13,367 nucleotides of DNA from Candidatus Woesearchaeota archaeon (GTDB lineage Archaea > Nanobdellota > Nanobdellia > Pacearchaeales > GW2011-AR1). The DNA is taken from contig CAZJPU010000025.1 of the NCBI GenBank assembly GCA_964548105.1, forward strand, positions 1 to 13,367, written 5' to 3'. This document shows positions 1 through 6,524 of this stretch, in pieces; the stretch's first letter is position 1; the number at the start of each line of letters is the position of its first letter. A model generated the notes under the pieces. The model made no database searches, was not told where the DNA came from, and worked only from the letters and a program-made list of their open reading frames with translations. Position numbers and translations under genes: made by a program.

Positions 1-108
1 ATTATTATCTTTAATTACAAATTGTGTTATTGATATCTCTGCTATAGTTAAGACTATAATTGCTAAAATTAGTATTATTCCAATGATTTTTATTTTTTGT
101 TTTTCCAT
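1..108 (-). CDS. N-terminal 36 codons of a membrane-anchored protein; the rest of the gene runs off the left edge of the window
   Basis: The reverse complement of 1..108 reads ATG GAA AAA CAA... = MEKQKIKIIGIILILAIIVLTIAEISITQFVIKDNN. That is a short basic n-region followed by a hydrophobic helix, open to the window edge. It is too short to appear in the ORF track. Confidence 0.4.
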   Translation of the reverse strand, partial: MEKQKIKIIGIILILAIIVLTIAEISITQFVIKDNN

Positions 109-159
109 TTTATTGTTACTACTAAACAGAAATAAACCTATATATAATTATGTCGTAAG

Positions 160-179
160 TTTTACTACGAAAAGTAAAA
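160..179. promoter_or_regulatory. Inverted repeat TTTTACT-N6-AGTAAAA, candidate TrmB-type operator
   Basis: Perfect 7-bp arms lie at 160..166 and 173..179. The core TACT-N6-AGTA resembles described TrmB-family operators (TACT...AGTA type). It sits directly upstream of, or overlapping, the candidate promoter of a trmB-like gene. Confidence 0.4.
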
Positions 180-182
180 AGA

Positions 183-190
183 CTTAAAAA
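183..190 (+). promoter_or_regulatory. Candidate TATA-like element for TrmB paralog 1
   Basis: cttaaaaa is centred ~26 nt upstream of the ATG at 212, which would give a leaderless mRNA. An alternative, tatataat at 141..148, would give a ~40-nt leader. Confidence 0.3.
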
Positions 191-211
191 CTATTAAATA
201 CTCTTTATAGA

Positions 212-940
212 ATGAAAAACGAACTAAGAGATTTTGGATTAACAGATAATGAAATAAAGATTTATCTAGTTTTACTCAAGTTAGGGGATGCTAATCCTTC
301 AGAAATAGCTGAAAAAACAGGATTTTCTAGACCTTATGTTTATGATGTATTAGAGAGATTACTAGAAAAACAAATAGTATCAGTAGTTCATGAGAAAAAT
401 AAAAAGAAATATTCAGCAATTGAACCATCATATCTTGTTGAACTTGCAAAACAAAAAGTAGATAATATTGAGAAAATCCTCCCAGAATTAATAAGTCTTA
501 AAGGGACAAGCAAAGAAGAAATAAAAGTTGAAACACATAAAGGAAAATATGTTTTTAAGACACTTTTAAATGATATTATTAATAGAGGTAAAAAAAATGA
601 AGAAGTACTTTTGTATGGGATTGAAGAAGAGACATTAGAAGACCTTGGAGAGTTTATGCCAATATATTTTGATACATATTTTGCTAGACTAAAAAGCTTA
701 GGAATTAAAGAAAGAGTTATTACTAAAGTTGGAGGTAAAATCATTGCACCTACTCAAACTACAAAGTATAAGTTTTTGCCTGAAAAGACTATTGGTAATA
801 CTGCATTTGGAGTATATGAGAACAAAGTTTTTATTTTTCTATGGGGAGATCCAAATTACTTGATATCTATAGAAAGTAAAAGAGTTGCAGATTCTTATCG
901 GGGTCAATTTGAGATATTATGGAAGGCTGCTAAAGATTAA
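212..940 (+). CDS. TrmB-family transcriptional regulator (N-terminal winged helix plus ~150-aa C-terminal effector-like domain), paralog 1
   Basis: 242-aa ORF. The N-terminus GLTDNEIKIYLVLLKLGDANPSEIAEKTGFSRPYVYDVLERLLEKQIV matches the TrmB wHTH pattern. It is collinear by eye with the neighbouring 239-aa ORF, including the C-terminal YxNKVxIxxW...FxILWxxAK. Confidence 0.85.
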   Translation: MKNELRDFGLTDNEIKIYLVLLKLGDANPSEIAEKTGFSRPYVYDVLERLLEKQIVSVVHEKNKKKYSAIEPSYLVELAKQKVDNIEKILPELISLKGTSKEEIKVETHKGKYVFKTLLNDIINRGKKNEEVLLYGIEEETLEDLGEFMPIYFDTYFARLKSLGIKERVITKVGGKIIAPTQTTKYKFLPEKTIGNTAFGVYENKVFIFLWGDPNYLISIESKRVADSYRGQFEILWKAAKD

Positions 941-1656
941 TACTTTGCAACATTCCATAAGATTTTAAAGAAATTCATATTACTTTTTGCAGTATCTTCA
1001 CTTTTTATCATAAATCCAAAAGGCAATTCTGTCCAAACAATGGTAACTACCTTATTTCCATAGATTACTATTGTTGATGGAAAATCATAACTTTCAGGAA
1101 GAAACTTCATTTTTAATAATTTTAAAGATTCGTTTCTCTTTTTTTTCCTTACTTTCTCATTATAGATCATTTTAACATTTATTTTTAATTTTGATCTTTC
1201 TTTATTCCAATATTTCTGGTAAGCTGGAAACATATCTGCAAATTTACTTTGAGCTCCATAAGCAAATAAATCTTTTTTTTCTTTTAAAACATCTTCAAAA
1301 ATTGATTTTATGCCTTTCTTACCTTTAAAGATGATTGCTTCTTCTTTTAATTTATTAGAATTATATCTTTCTTTTAGTTCCCCCATAATTGAATTTAATT
1401 TCTCTTGTTTTTCAGTTATAATTTCTTGTAATCTTTCTGGATTAATTGGCTCAAAGACTTTTCTATTAGCTGAAACAACATAAGTTACTAGTCCTTTTTC
1501 AATAAGTCTTTCTAAGGCATCATATACATTTGTTCTATTGACCTCAGATTTATTTGTTATTTCTCCAGCTAATGCTGATCCTAGTTCAAGTAATGAAAGA
1601 TATACTTTTACTTCAGTGTTACTTAAGCCTATTTCTTGTAATATTTCTTTGTCCAT
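937..1656 (-). CDS. TrmB-family transcriptional regulator, paralog 2
   Basis: 239-aa ORF. The N-terminus GLSNTEVKVYLSLLELGSALAGEITNKSEVNRTNVYDALERLIEKGLV is a TrmB wHTH. The C-terminus (IVIYGNKVVTIVW...FFKILWNVAKY) parallels paralog 1. Confidence 0.85.
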   Translation of the reverse strand: MDKEILQEIGLSNTEVKVYLSLLELGSALAGEITNKSEVNRTNVYDALERLIEKGLVTYVVSANRKVFEPINPERLQEIITEKQEKLNSIMGELKERYNSNKLKEEAIIFKGKKGIKSIFEDVLKEKKDLFAYGAQSKFADMFPAYQKYWNKERSKLKINVKMIYNEKVRKKKRNESLKLLKMKFLPESYDFPSTIVIYGNKVVTIVWTELPFGFMIKSEDTAKSNMNFFKILWNVAKY

Positions 1657-1677
1657 AGCAACATTAGGGGATTGTAT

Positions 1678-1685
1678 TTTATAAA
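1678..1685 (-). promoter_or_regulatory. TTTATAAA TATA-box candidate for TrmB paralog 2
   Basis: This palindromic octamer lies 21 nt upstream of the start at 1656. The same octamer occurs at similar spacing upstream of two other minus-strand transcription-unit starts. Confidence 0.5.
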
Positions 1686-1712
1686 TGTTGTTATTAGAGT
1701 TACAACAAAAAC

Positions 1713-1720
1713 TTATATAT
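1713..1720 (+). promoter_or_regulatory. TTATATAT TATA-box candidate for SBP-A
   Basis: It is centred ~25 nt upstream of the ATG at 1741. This supports the 1741 start and a leaderless transcript. Confidence 0.45.
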
Positions 1721-1740
1721 GCTTTTTTGGAAAAAAATTT

Positions 1741-2799
1741 ATGGTAATCAAGAAAAAGACAATTATAATATTAGTATTATTGGTATTTTTAGTCTTAACT
1801 ATAAATCTTATACTGATTATTAATTCAAATATTACAGGTAAAAGTATAACTCATGAGAGTTATAAAATCGGAGTTATTCTTCCTATGAGTGGACATTTTG
1901 CTTTTTATGGAGAAAAATCATTACAAGGGGCAAAATTAGCAATTGAAAATTATGATAATATTGAACTTATAATAGAAGATGATGAAGGAGATCCAAGTAG
2001 AGCGGCAAGTGCTGCTCATAAACTAATTAATGTTGATGATGTTGATGCAATTATAACAATTAGGTCAAGTATAAGTTCTGCTATTGCTCCAATTGCAGAA
2101 AAAAATAAGGTTGTAATGCTATATCCTTCAACTATTAATGCTCCTGCTGAAGGAAATTCGTATGTTTATAAAAATTTTATTAATATAGAGAAAGATTGCA
2201 GTGAACTAGCTAAAGTTTTAAAAAATAAAAAAGGAGCTTTAATTGGACATAATCTTGATGCAACACATACTTGTATTAAAGGTTTTAAAGATCAAGGAGT
2301 TAATCTCCAATCAGAATTTTTTAATAAAGGGGATAATGATTTTAGGACATCTTTATTAAAAATAAAGGAAAATAATCCTGACTTCATTGTTATAAGGGGT
2401 GATAAAAAGATTTTGCCAACAATACTAAGACAAATGAAAGAACTTGATATAAATCAAGTACAACTAGTCTGCCCTCAATCTGGATTATGCAATGATAAAA
2501 AGACTATTCTAGAATTTGAAGAATACTTTGAAAATGCTTTAGGATCTTCAATTTATGAAGGGATTGAAGAAAATGGTTTTGAAGATCCAATAGATATGAC
2601 TTTTGCAATGTATGAAAATATTGACATACTTTCAAAGCTTCTAAATGATTGTAAGGGAAATAATGAATGTATGATTAAAGAGCTTCAAACTAAAAAGTTT
2701 CAAGGATTAGATGGAGAAATTGTATTTAATGATAAAGGGGTCTCTCAAAGATCTACAACATTAATGAAATTTGAAAATGGGGAATGGGAGATATATTAA
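1741..2799 (+). CDS. Type I periplasmic-binding-fold (LivJ/LivK-like) ABC substrate-binding protein with N-terminal TM anchor (SBP-A)
   Basis: The track ORF starts at 1672, but the internal ATG at 1741 gives MVIKKK plus a hydrophobic helix (TIIILVLLVFLVLTINLILII). This matches the other three SBPs and sits ~21 nt downstream of a TTATATAT box. The mature part starts YKIGVILPMSGHFAFYGEKSLQGAKLAIE, a typical Liv-type SBP N-lobe. Confidence 0.8.
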   Translation: MVIKKKTIIILVLLVFLVLTINLILIINSNITGKSITHESYKIGVILPMSGHFAFYGEKSLQGAKLAIENYDNIELIIEDDEGDPSRAASAAHKLINVDDVDAIITIRSSISSAIAPIAEKNKVVMLYPSTINAPAEGNSYVYKNFINIEKDCSELAKVLKNKKGALIGHNLDATHTCIKGFKDQGVNLQSEFFNKGDNDFRTSLLKIKENNPDFIVIRGDKKILPTILRQMKELDINQVQLVCPQSGLCNDKKTILEFEEYFENALGSSIYEGIEENGFEDPIDMTFAMYENIDILSKLLNDCKGNNECMIKELQTKKFQGLDGEIVFNDKGVSQRSTTLMKFENGEWEIY

Positions 2800-3899
2800 T
2801 TATCTAATGCTACAATATTACCATTATCTATTTTAATAAAACTAATCTCTTTGGTAACTCCGCCATCTTCAGTGAATGTAAGATAACCTGATGCTCCATC
2901 ATAATATTCAACAGTTTTCAGATATTCTTTTAATATTTCTGGATTAGTTGAATCAGTCTCTTCTATTGCTTTTGCAATTAACTTCACTATATCATAACCA
3001 TTATCTGCTCCAAAATCAGGAACTTGATTATATTCTTTTTTAAACTTTTCAATAAAATCTGTGGTTGGACTTACTTGAGAGGTTGCTATTGTTCCTTCTA
3101 AAGCTCCATTAGCATTTTCAATTCTGGTTGTATCAACTAATTCTGCATAAATAGGAATATTTACATCAGCCTGTTTTAATTGTTTTGAAATAATATCTTG
3201 GTAAATATACTGGATAAATATTGCATCAGGTTTAGCTTCTTTAACTTTTAATATTTCTGTTTTAAAATCCTTTTGTTCAGCAGAAGGAAGTTCGTAAACT
3301 ACTACTTCCCCTCCAGATTCAATAAAACTCTCCTTAACAGATCTTGCTTGAACAATCTCCCATGCTTGTTGTGATCCAATTATTGCAAGTTTTCTATGCC
3401 CATTATTATAAATCTTCTTTCCTAATAATCTACTTACATCTTCATCAGCCATCCAAATATTAAATATATAATCACATTCTTGTTCAAACTCTTTTATACC
3501 AATAGCTGGAGCAATCATTAACACATTGTTATTACAAGCAATTGGTGCAACTGCAAGAGCTGAACCTGACCAAGTTGTTCCAATAATAATCTCTACGCCA
3601 TTATTATTTAATTGATAGAAAGATGAAACTGCAGTTTTTTTATCATCATTTGGCGTATCTTGGTAATTTATCTTTATTTTTTTACCATTTATCCCCTCTG
3701 CATTATTAATTTCTTTTACTGCTAAATCAACACCTTGCTTTGTGGTAATTCCTTCGTTTGCTCCTACTCCAGATAATATTCCTATAAAACCAATTTCAAT
3801 TATTTCTTCTCCTTGTTTAGGAATAAATACAAAAATATTAACAATAATTATGGCAACAATTAAGACTGTTAACCCAACCAACATATTTTTATTCTTCAT
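2796..3899 (-). CDS. LivJ/LivK-like ABC substrate-binding protein, TM-anchored (SBP-B)
   Basis: 367-aa ORF. It has MKNKNMLVGLTVLIVAIIIVNIFVFI as anchor, then IEIGFIGILSGVGANEGITTKQGVDLAVKEINNAEGINGKKIKINYQD, the classic Liv-type SBP motif series. Confidence 0.85.
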   Translation of the reverse strand: MKNKNMLVGLTVLIVAIIIVNIFVFIPKQGEEIIEIGFIGILSGVGANEGITTKQGVDLAVKEINNAEGINGKKIKINYQDTPNDDKKTAVSSFYQLNNNGVEIIIGTTWSGSALAVAPIACNNNVLMIAPAIGIKEFEQECDYIFNIWMADEDVSRLLGKKIYNNGHRKLAIIGSQQAWEIVQARSVKESFIESGGEVVVYELPSAEQKDFKTEILKVKEAKPDAIFIQYIYQDIISKQLKQADVNIPIYAELVDTTRIENANGALEGTIATSQVSPTTDFIEKFKKEYNQVPDFGADNGYDIVKLIAKAIEETDSTNPEILKEYLKTVEYYDGASGYLTFTEDGGVTKEISFIKIDNGNIVALDN

Positions 3900-3920
3900 A
3901 TATCCAAAATAGAACCAAAC

Positions 3921-3928
3921 TTTTTAAA
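3921..3928 (-). promoter_or_regulatory. Possible internal TATA-like element (TTTAAAAA on the minus strand) for SBP-B
   Basis: It lies in the 30-nt livG/SBP-B gap, 21 nt upstream of the start at 3899, and abuts the livG stop. Confidence 0.3.
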
Positions 3929-3929
3929 T

Positions 3930-4664
3930 CTACTCACCTAAATAAGCCTCTAGAACTTGTTTATTGTTTTTTATTTGTTTAGGAGTTCCTTGTGCAATTA
4001 CTTTACCTTCATCCATTACAATAACATGGTCTGCTATTCCCAAGGTAAAATTCATATCATGTTCAATTAACAATATTGTTTCTCCTTGTTTTTTTAATTC
4101 CTTTAGAAGATTCATAATATCTTTTCTTAATCTAGGATTAACTCCTGCAACAGGTTCATCTAACATTAATAATTCATGAGATTTAAGAATAGCTCTTGCA
4201 ATTTCAACTAATCTTTTCTGACCAAAACTTAAATCTCCTGCTTGTTTTTCCATAAACTTTTCTATTCCAACTAATTTAGCAATATTATCTACTTGTTTAT
4301 AATCTTCTTTATCAAAATTATAACCTATTAAATTTTTCCAAAATTTAGTGTCTTTATTACTTATTGCCAATAATAAGTTTTCCTTAACTGTTAAATTATC
4401 AAATAATCTTGATTGTTGGAATAATCTTGAAATTCCTAAATTTGATATTTGATTTACTTGTTTATTTGTTATATTTGTCTTATTAAAAACAATTTTTCCA
4501 GAATCAGCCTTTAAGATTCCTGAAATTAAATTAAATATTGTTGTTTTCCCACTGCCATTAGGACCAATTAAGGCTGTAATCTTATTTTTTTTAATGTCAA
4601 AACTAGTTTTATCTACTGCTTTTATTCCTCCAAAATGTTTTTTTAAATTAGTTATTTTTAGCAT
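3930..4664 (-). CDS. livG: Branched-chain-amino-acid-type ABC transporter ATP-binding protein (LivG-like)
   Basis: It has Walker A GPNGSGKT, Q-loop context GISRLFQQSRLFDNLTVKENL (LivG-like rather than LivF-like), signature LSFGQKR, Walker B LLMLDEP, H-loop IEHDM and a C-terminal EAYLGE. Confidence 0.9.
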   Translation of the reverse strand: MLKITNLKKHFGGIKAVDKTSFDIKKNKITALIGPNGSGKTTIFNLISGILKADSGKIVFNKTNITNKQVNQISNLGISRLFQQSRLFDNLTVKENLLLAISNKDTKFWKNLIGYNFDKEDYKQVDNIAKLVGIEKFMEKQAGDLSFGQKRLVEIARAILKSHELLMLDEPVAGVNPRLRKDIMNLLKELKKQGETILLIEHDMNFTLGIADHVIVMDEGKVIAQGTPKQIKNNKQVLEAYLGE

Positions 4665-4665
4665 T

Positions 4666-5082
4666 TTATTTTATATTTGAGTATTTTTCTAATTCTTTTA
4701 TTATTAATGGGATTTCATTAATAGATTCTTTAACAGTTTTAATCTCAATATCATCACCATAATAATTTATCCCGTTTCTTAATTTTCTATATCTATCAAA
4801 CTTATTTGAAATAGATTCTTCCTTTAAAATCTCTCTTAAAAAATAAGTCATTGATTCATGGTTTAAGAATTTATATCCTTTAATAAAACCTAATGCTTCG
4901 ACATACTCTCTTAATCCTTCGTATAACTCTCGAAAAATTGTTTTTAGAGTATTTTCTTTAATGGTTATTTCAATTGCAGTTTCTATTGCTTGTTTAGAAG
5001 ATTTAACTAAACTTTTTGCTCTTATAGTATTCACTGGGACTTTTTTTACACTTCCTTGTTTTAAACAATATTTAAAATCCAT
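4666..5082 (-). CDS. HEPN-domain protein, partner of the upstream MNT; the canonical R-x4-6-H is replaced by R-x4-Y-Y
   Basis: 138 aa, predicted all-helical. The C-terminal third has FDRYRKLRNGINYYGDD, which matches the HEPN Rx4-6H region except for the His. Its start overlaps the stop of a minimal nucleotidyltransferase gene (TAATG), the classic MNT-HEPN pair arrangement. Confidence 0.65.
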   Translation of the reverse strand: MDFKYCLKQGSVKKVPVNTIRAKSLVKSSKQAIETAIEITIKENTLKTIFRELYEGLREYVEALGFIKGYKFLNHESMTYFLREILKEESISNKFDRYRKLRNGINYYGDDIEIKTVKESINEIPLIIKELEKYSNIK

Positions 5083-5612
5083 TATAAAACTTCTAACTCT
5101 CCTGATAAAACAATTCCATTACAGATACTGTTAACTAATCCAGAATTTTTATCCTTTAAATTTTCCCATGCTTTCTTAGTGAATTTATGAATATTAAGTT
5201 TTCTATTAAGGATTTTTTCATAGTTTTCTATTTTTAATTCTTTATTGATATCAGAGATTAGACAAATATCAATATCACTATCTAAATCATCCATTGCTTG
5301 AGAATAACTACCAAATAAAACAATTATCGGAAAGTCATATTCTTTTTCAAGTTCTTTAATAAGGCCTGATTTTCTTAATTTTTCTAGATTATAATATGCC
5401 TTTAGATTTAGTGTTTCTCTAGAAAGAACTAATTTATATGAGGGGTAGAGATCATCTTTTTCTAAGACTAATAAATCTCTTTTTACAAATATATTAAGAT
5501 ATTTTCTTATTGTTGTGTGGTTTATTTTTAATATTCTGGCTAATTCCCTAATATGAAATCCCTTTTTTGGATCTTCAAAAAAAGAACTAAGGATGTTTAT
5601 TTTTGTTTCCAT
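5082..5612 (-). CDS. Winged-helix plus minimal nucleotidyltransferase (MNT, Pol-beta superfamily) protein
   Basis: 176 aa. The N-terminal FHIRELARILKINHTTIRKYLNIFVKRDLL is HTH-like. The central VLFGSYSQAMDDLDSDIDICLIS is the G-S...D-x-D nucleotidyltransferase signature (G101-S102, D113, D115). Confidence 0.75.
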   Translation of the reverse strand: METKINILSSFFEDPKKGFHIRELARILKINHTTIRKYLNIFVKRDLLVLEKDDLYPSYKLVLSRETLNLKAYYNLEKLRKSGLIKELEKEYDFPIIVLFGSYSQAMDDLDSDIDICLISDINKELKIENYEKILNRKLNIHKFTKKAWENLKDKNSGLVNSICNGIVLSGELEVL

Positions 5613-5652
5613 ATGTAAGTATATATTTCCAGATGTTTATAAATGTTTCCAT
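5591..5652 (-). repeat. Direct duplication of the MNT gene 5' end (two 22-nt copies 40 nt apart)
   Basis: On the + strand, 5591..5612 ggatgtttatttttgtttccat aligns with 5631..5652 agatgtttataaatgtttccat at 18 of 22 positions. On the coding strand this is ATGGAAACAaaaATAAACATC (the real start) against ATGGAAACAtttATAAACATC, which overlaps the livM stop as TGATG. Confidence 0.8.
5636..5643 (-). promoter_or_regulatory. TTTATAAA TATA-box candidate upstream of the MNT-HEPN-livG-SBP-B segment
   Basis: The octamer lies 23 nt upstream of the MNT start at 5612. It sits inside the upstream copy of the duplicated 5' end, where the aaa-to-ttt difference creates it. Confidence 0.5.
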
Positions 5653-6524
5653 CACTCTAACTTTACTTTTCCATAAAATCCTTTTGGTTTAAAGATTAAT
5701 ATTAATAATAATATTAAAGCATACAAGATTTGTCTTGCAGGACCTATTACTGAACTTGGAAATCCAACAAATCTTAGCATCTCGGGAATTAATAATAGGA
5801 TAATTGTTGCAATCACGGTTCCTTTTAAGCTAGCGAGTCCTCCAACTATTACAATTAACAAGACAGGAATTAATTGCATTATTGTAAATGAAGAAGGATC
5901 AATAAAAGTTATATAATGAGCATATAAACTTCCTGAAATACCTGCAAAAAAGGCTGAGGCTCCTAATGCTATTGCTTTTATTTTAAAAGTATTTTTTCCA
6001 AGAGTTTTTGATGCAAGTTCATCATCCCTTACTGATTCAAGAACTTTTCCAAAAGGAGAGGTTGTTATTCTTTTGATAATTAAATATGAAACTAGTCCAA
6101 TAACTATTGTTAATATTAAGAAACTTAGGTTGCTTGAAAATATAAATCCAAATAAACTAGGTTTTGGAATTCCTGGAAGTCCAAGAGGGCCCCTAGTAAG
6201 TGAAGTCCAATTTAGTAAAACTGCATAAACCACAAAAGAAAAACCCATTGTTGCTAAAGCTAAATAATCTCCTTTTAATTTGTGGGTTGGGACGGCTAAT
6301 AAAAATCCAAAAATCATTGATACAATTCCTGCAAATAAAAGACAAATCCAAAAAGGCCAACCTGCAAGTGCGAGCAATGCACTTGTATATGCTCCAATTC
6401 CAAAAAAAGCAATATGTCCTAAATTAAGAAGTCCTGTAAATCCTATTGCAAGTTGAAGGCTTATAGCTAGAATAATATAAATTCCGATTAGTATTGCTAA
6501 GTGGATTAGGTATGCTTCTATCAT
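5652..6524 (-). CDS. livM: Branched-chain-amino-acid-type ABC transporter permease (LivM-like)
   Basis: 290 aa, polytopic and hydrophobic. GLLNLGHIAFFGIGAYTSALLA matches the LivM core motif, and KIKAIALGASAFFAGISGSLYA matches the C-terminal conserved region. Confidence 0.85.
   Translation of the reverse strand: MIEAYLIHLAILIGIYIILAISLQLAIGFTGLLNLGHIAFFGIGAYTSALLALAGWPFWICLLFAGIVSMIFGFLLAVPTHKLKGDYLALATMGFSFVVYAVLLNWTSLTRGPLGLPGIPKPSLFGFIFSSNLSFLILTIVIGLVSYLIIKRITTSPFGKVLESVRDDELASKTLGKNTFKIKAIALGASAFFAGISGSLYAHYITFIDPSSFTIMQLIPVLLIVIVGGLASLKGTVIATIILLLIPEMLRFVGFPSSVIGPARQILYALILLLILIFKPKGFYGKVKLE

Noticed and set aside
388-744. 118-aa ORF on the minus strand, antisense to TrmB paralog 1
   Set aside because: It lies entirely inside a well-supported CDS on the other strand. 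Its sequence is low-complexity and rich in S, L, I and F, typical of the antisense frame of an AT-rich, purine-rich gene. It has no recognisable motif and no promoter context.
1686-1707. Inverted repeat TGTTGT-N10-ACAACA between trmB-2 and SBP-A
   Set aside because: The arms are only 6 bp in very AT-rich DNA, so it cannot be distinguished from chance by eye. I note it only as something to include if the region is footprinted.
1672-1740. Upstream start at 1672 for SBP-A, as drawn in the ORF track
   Set aside because: It would add MYFINVVIRVTTKTYICFFGKKF ahead of a perfectly good MVIKKK-plus-TM-helix N-terminus and leave only 15 nt to the divergent gene. It would also place the TTATATAT box inside the CDS. 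The ATG at 1741 fits the pattern of the three paralogs.
3964-4179. 71-aa plus-strand ORF inside livG, and the similar antisense ORFs at 6200..6427, 8560..8799 and 9195..9392
   Set aside because: All are fully nested antisense to CDSs with strong family motifs (livG, livM, SBP-D/livH, livH), and none has a motif of its own. They are ordinary shadow ORFs.
4666-5612. Calling the MNT-HEPN pair an active toxin-antitoxin or abortive-infection defence module
   Set aside because: The fold assignments are reasonable, but the HEPN lacks the catalytic His. No flanking mobile-element or defence genes are present, and the pair is operon-locked to livG. A toxic RNase function is therefore not supported by the sequence.
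5630-5652. The 21-codon ORF (METFINIWKYILTYGNKNKHP) starting at the TGATG overlap with livM, considered as a real micro-protein or leader peptide
   Set aside because: It is most simply explained as the out-of-frame relic of the duplicated MNT 5' end. There is no independent evidence for translation, so it is mentioned only within the duplication finding.
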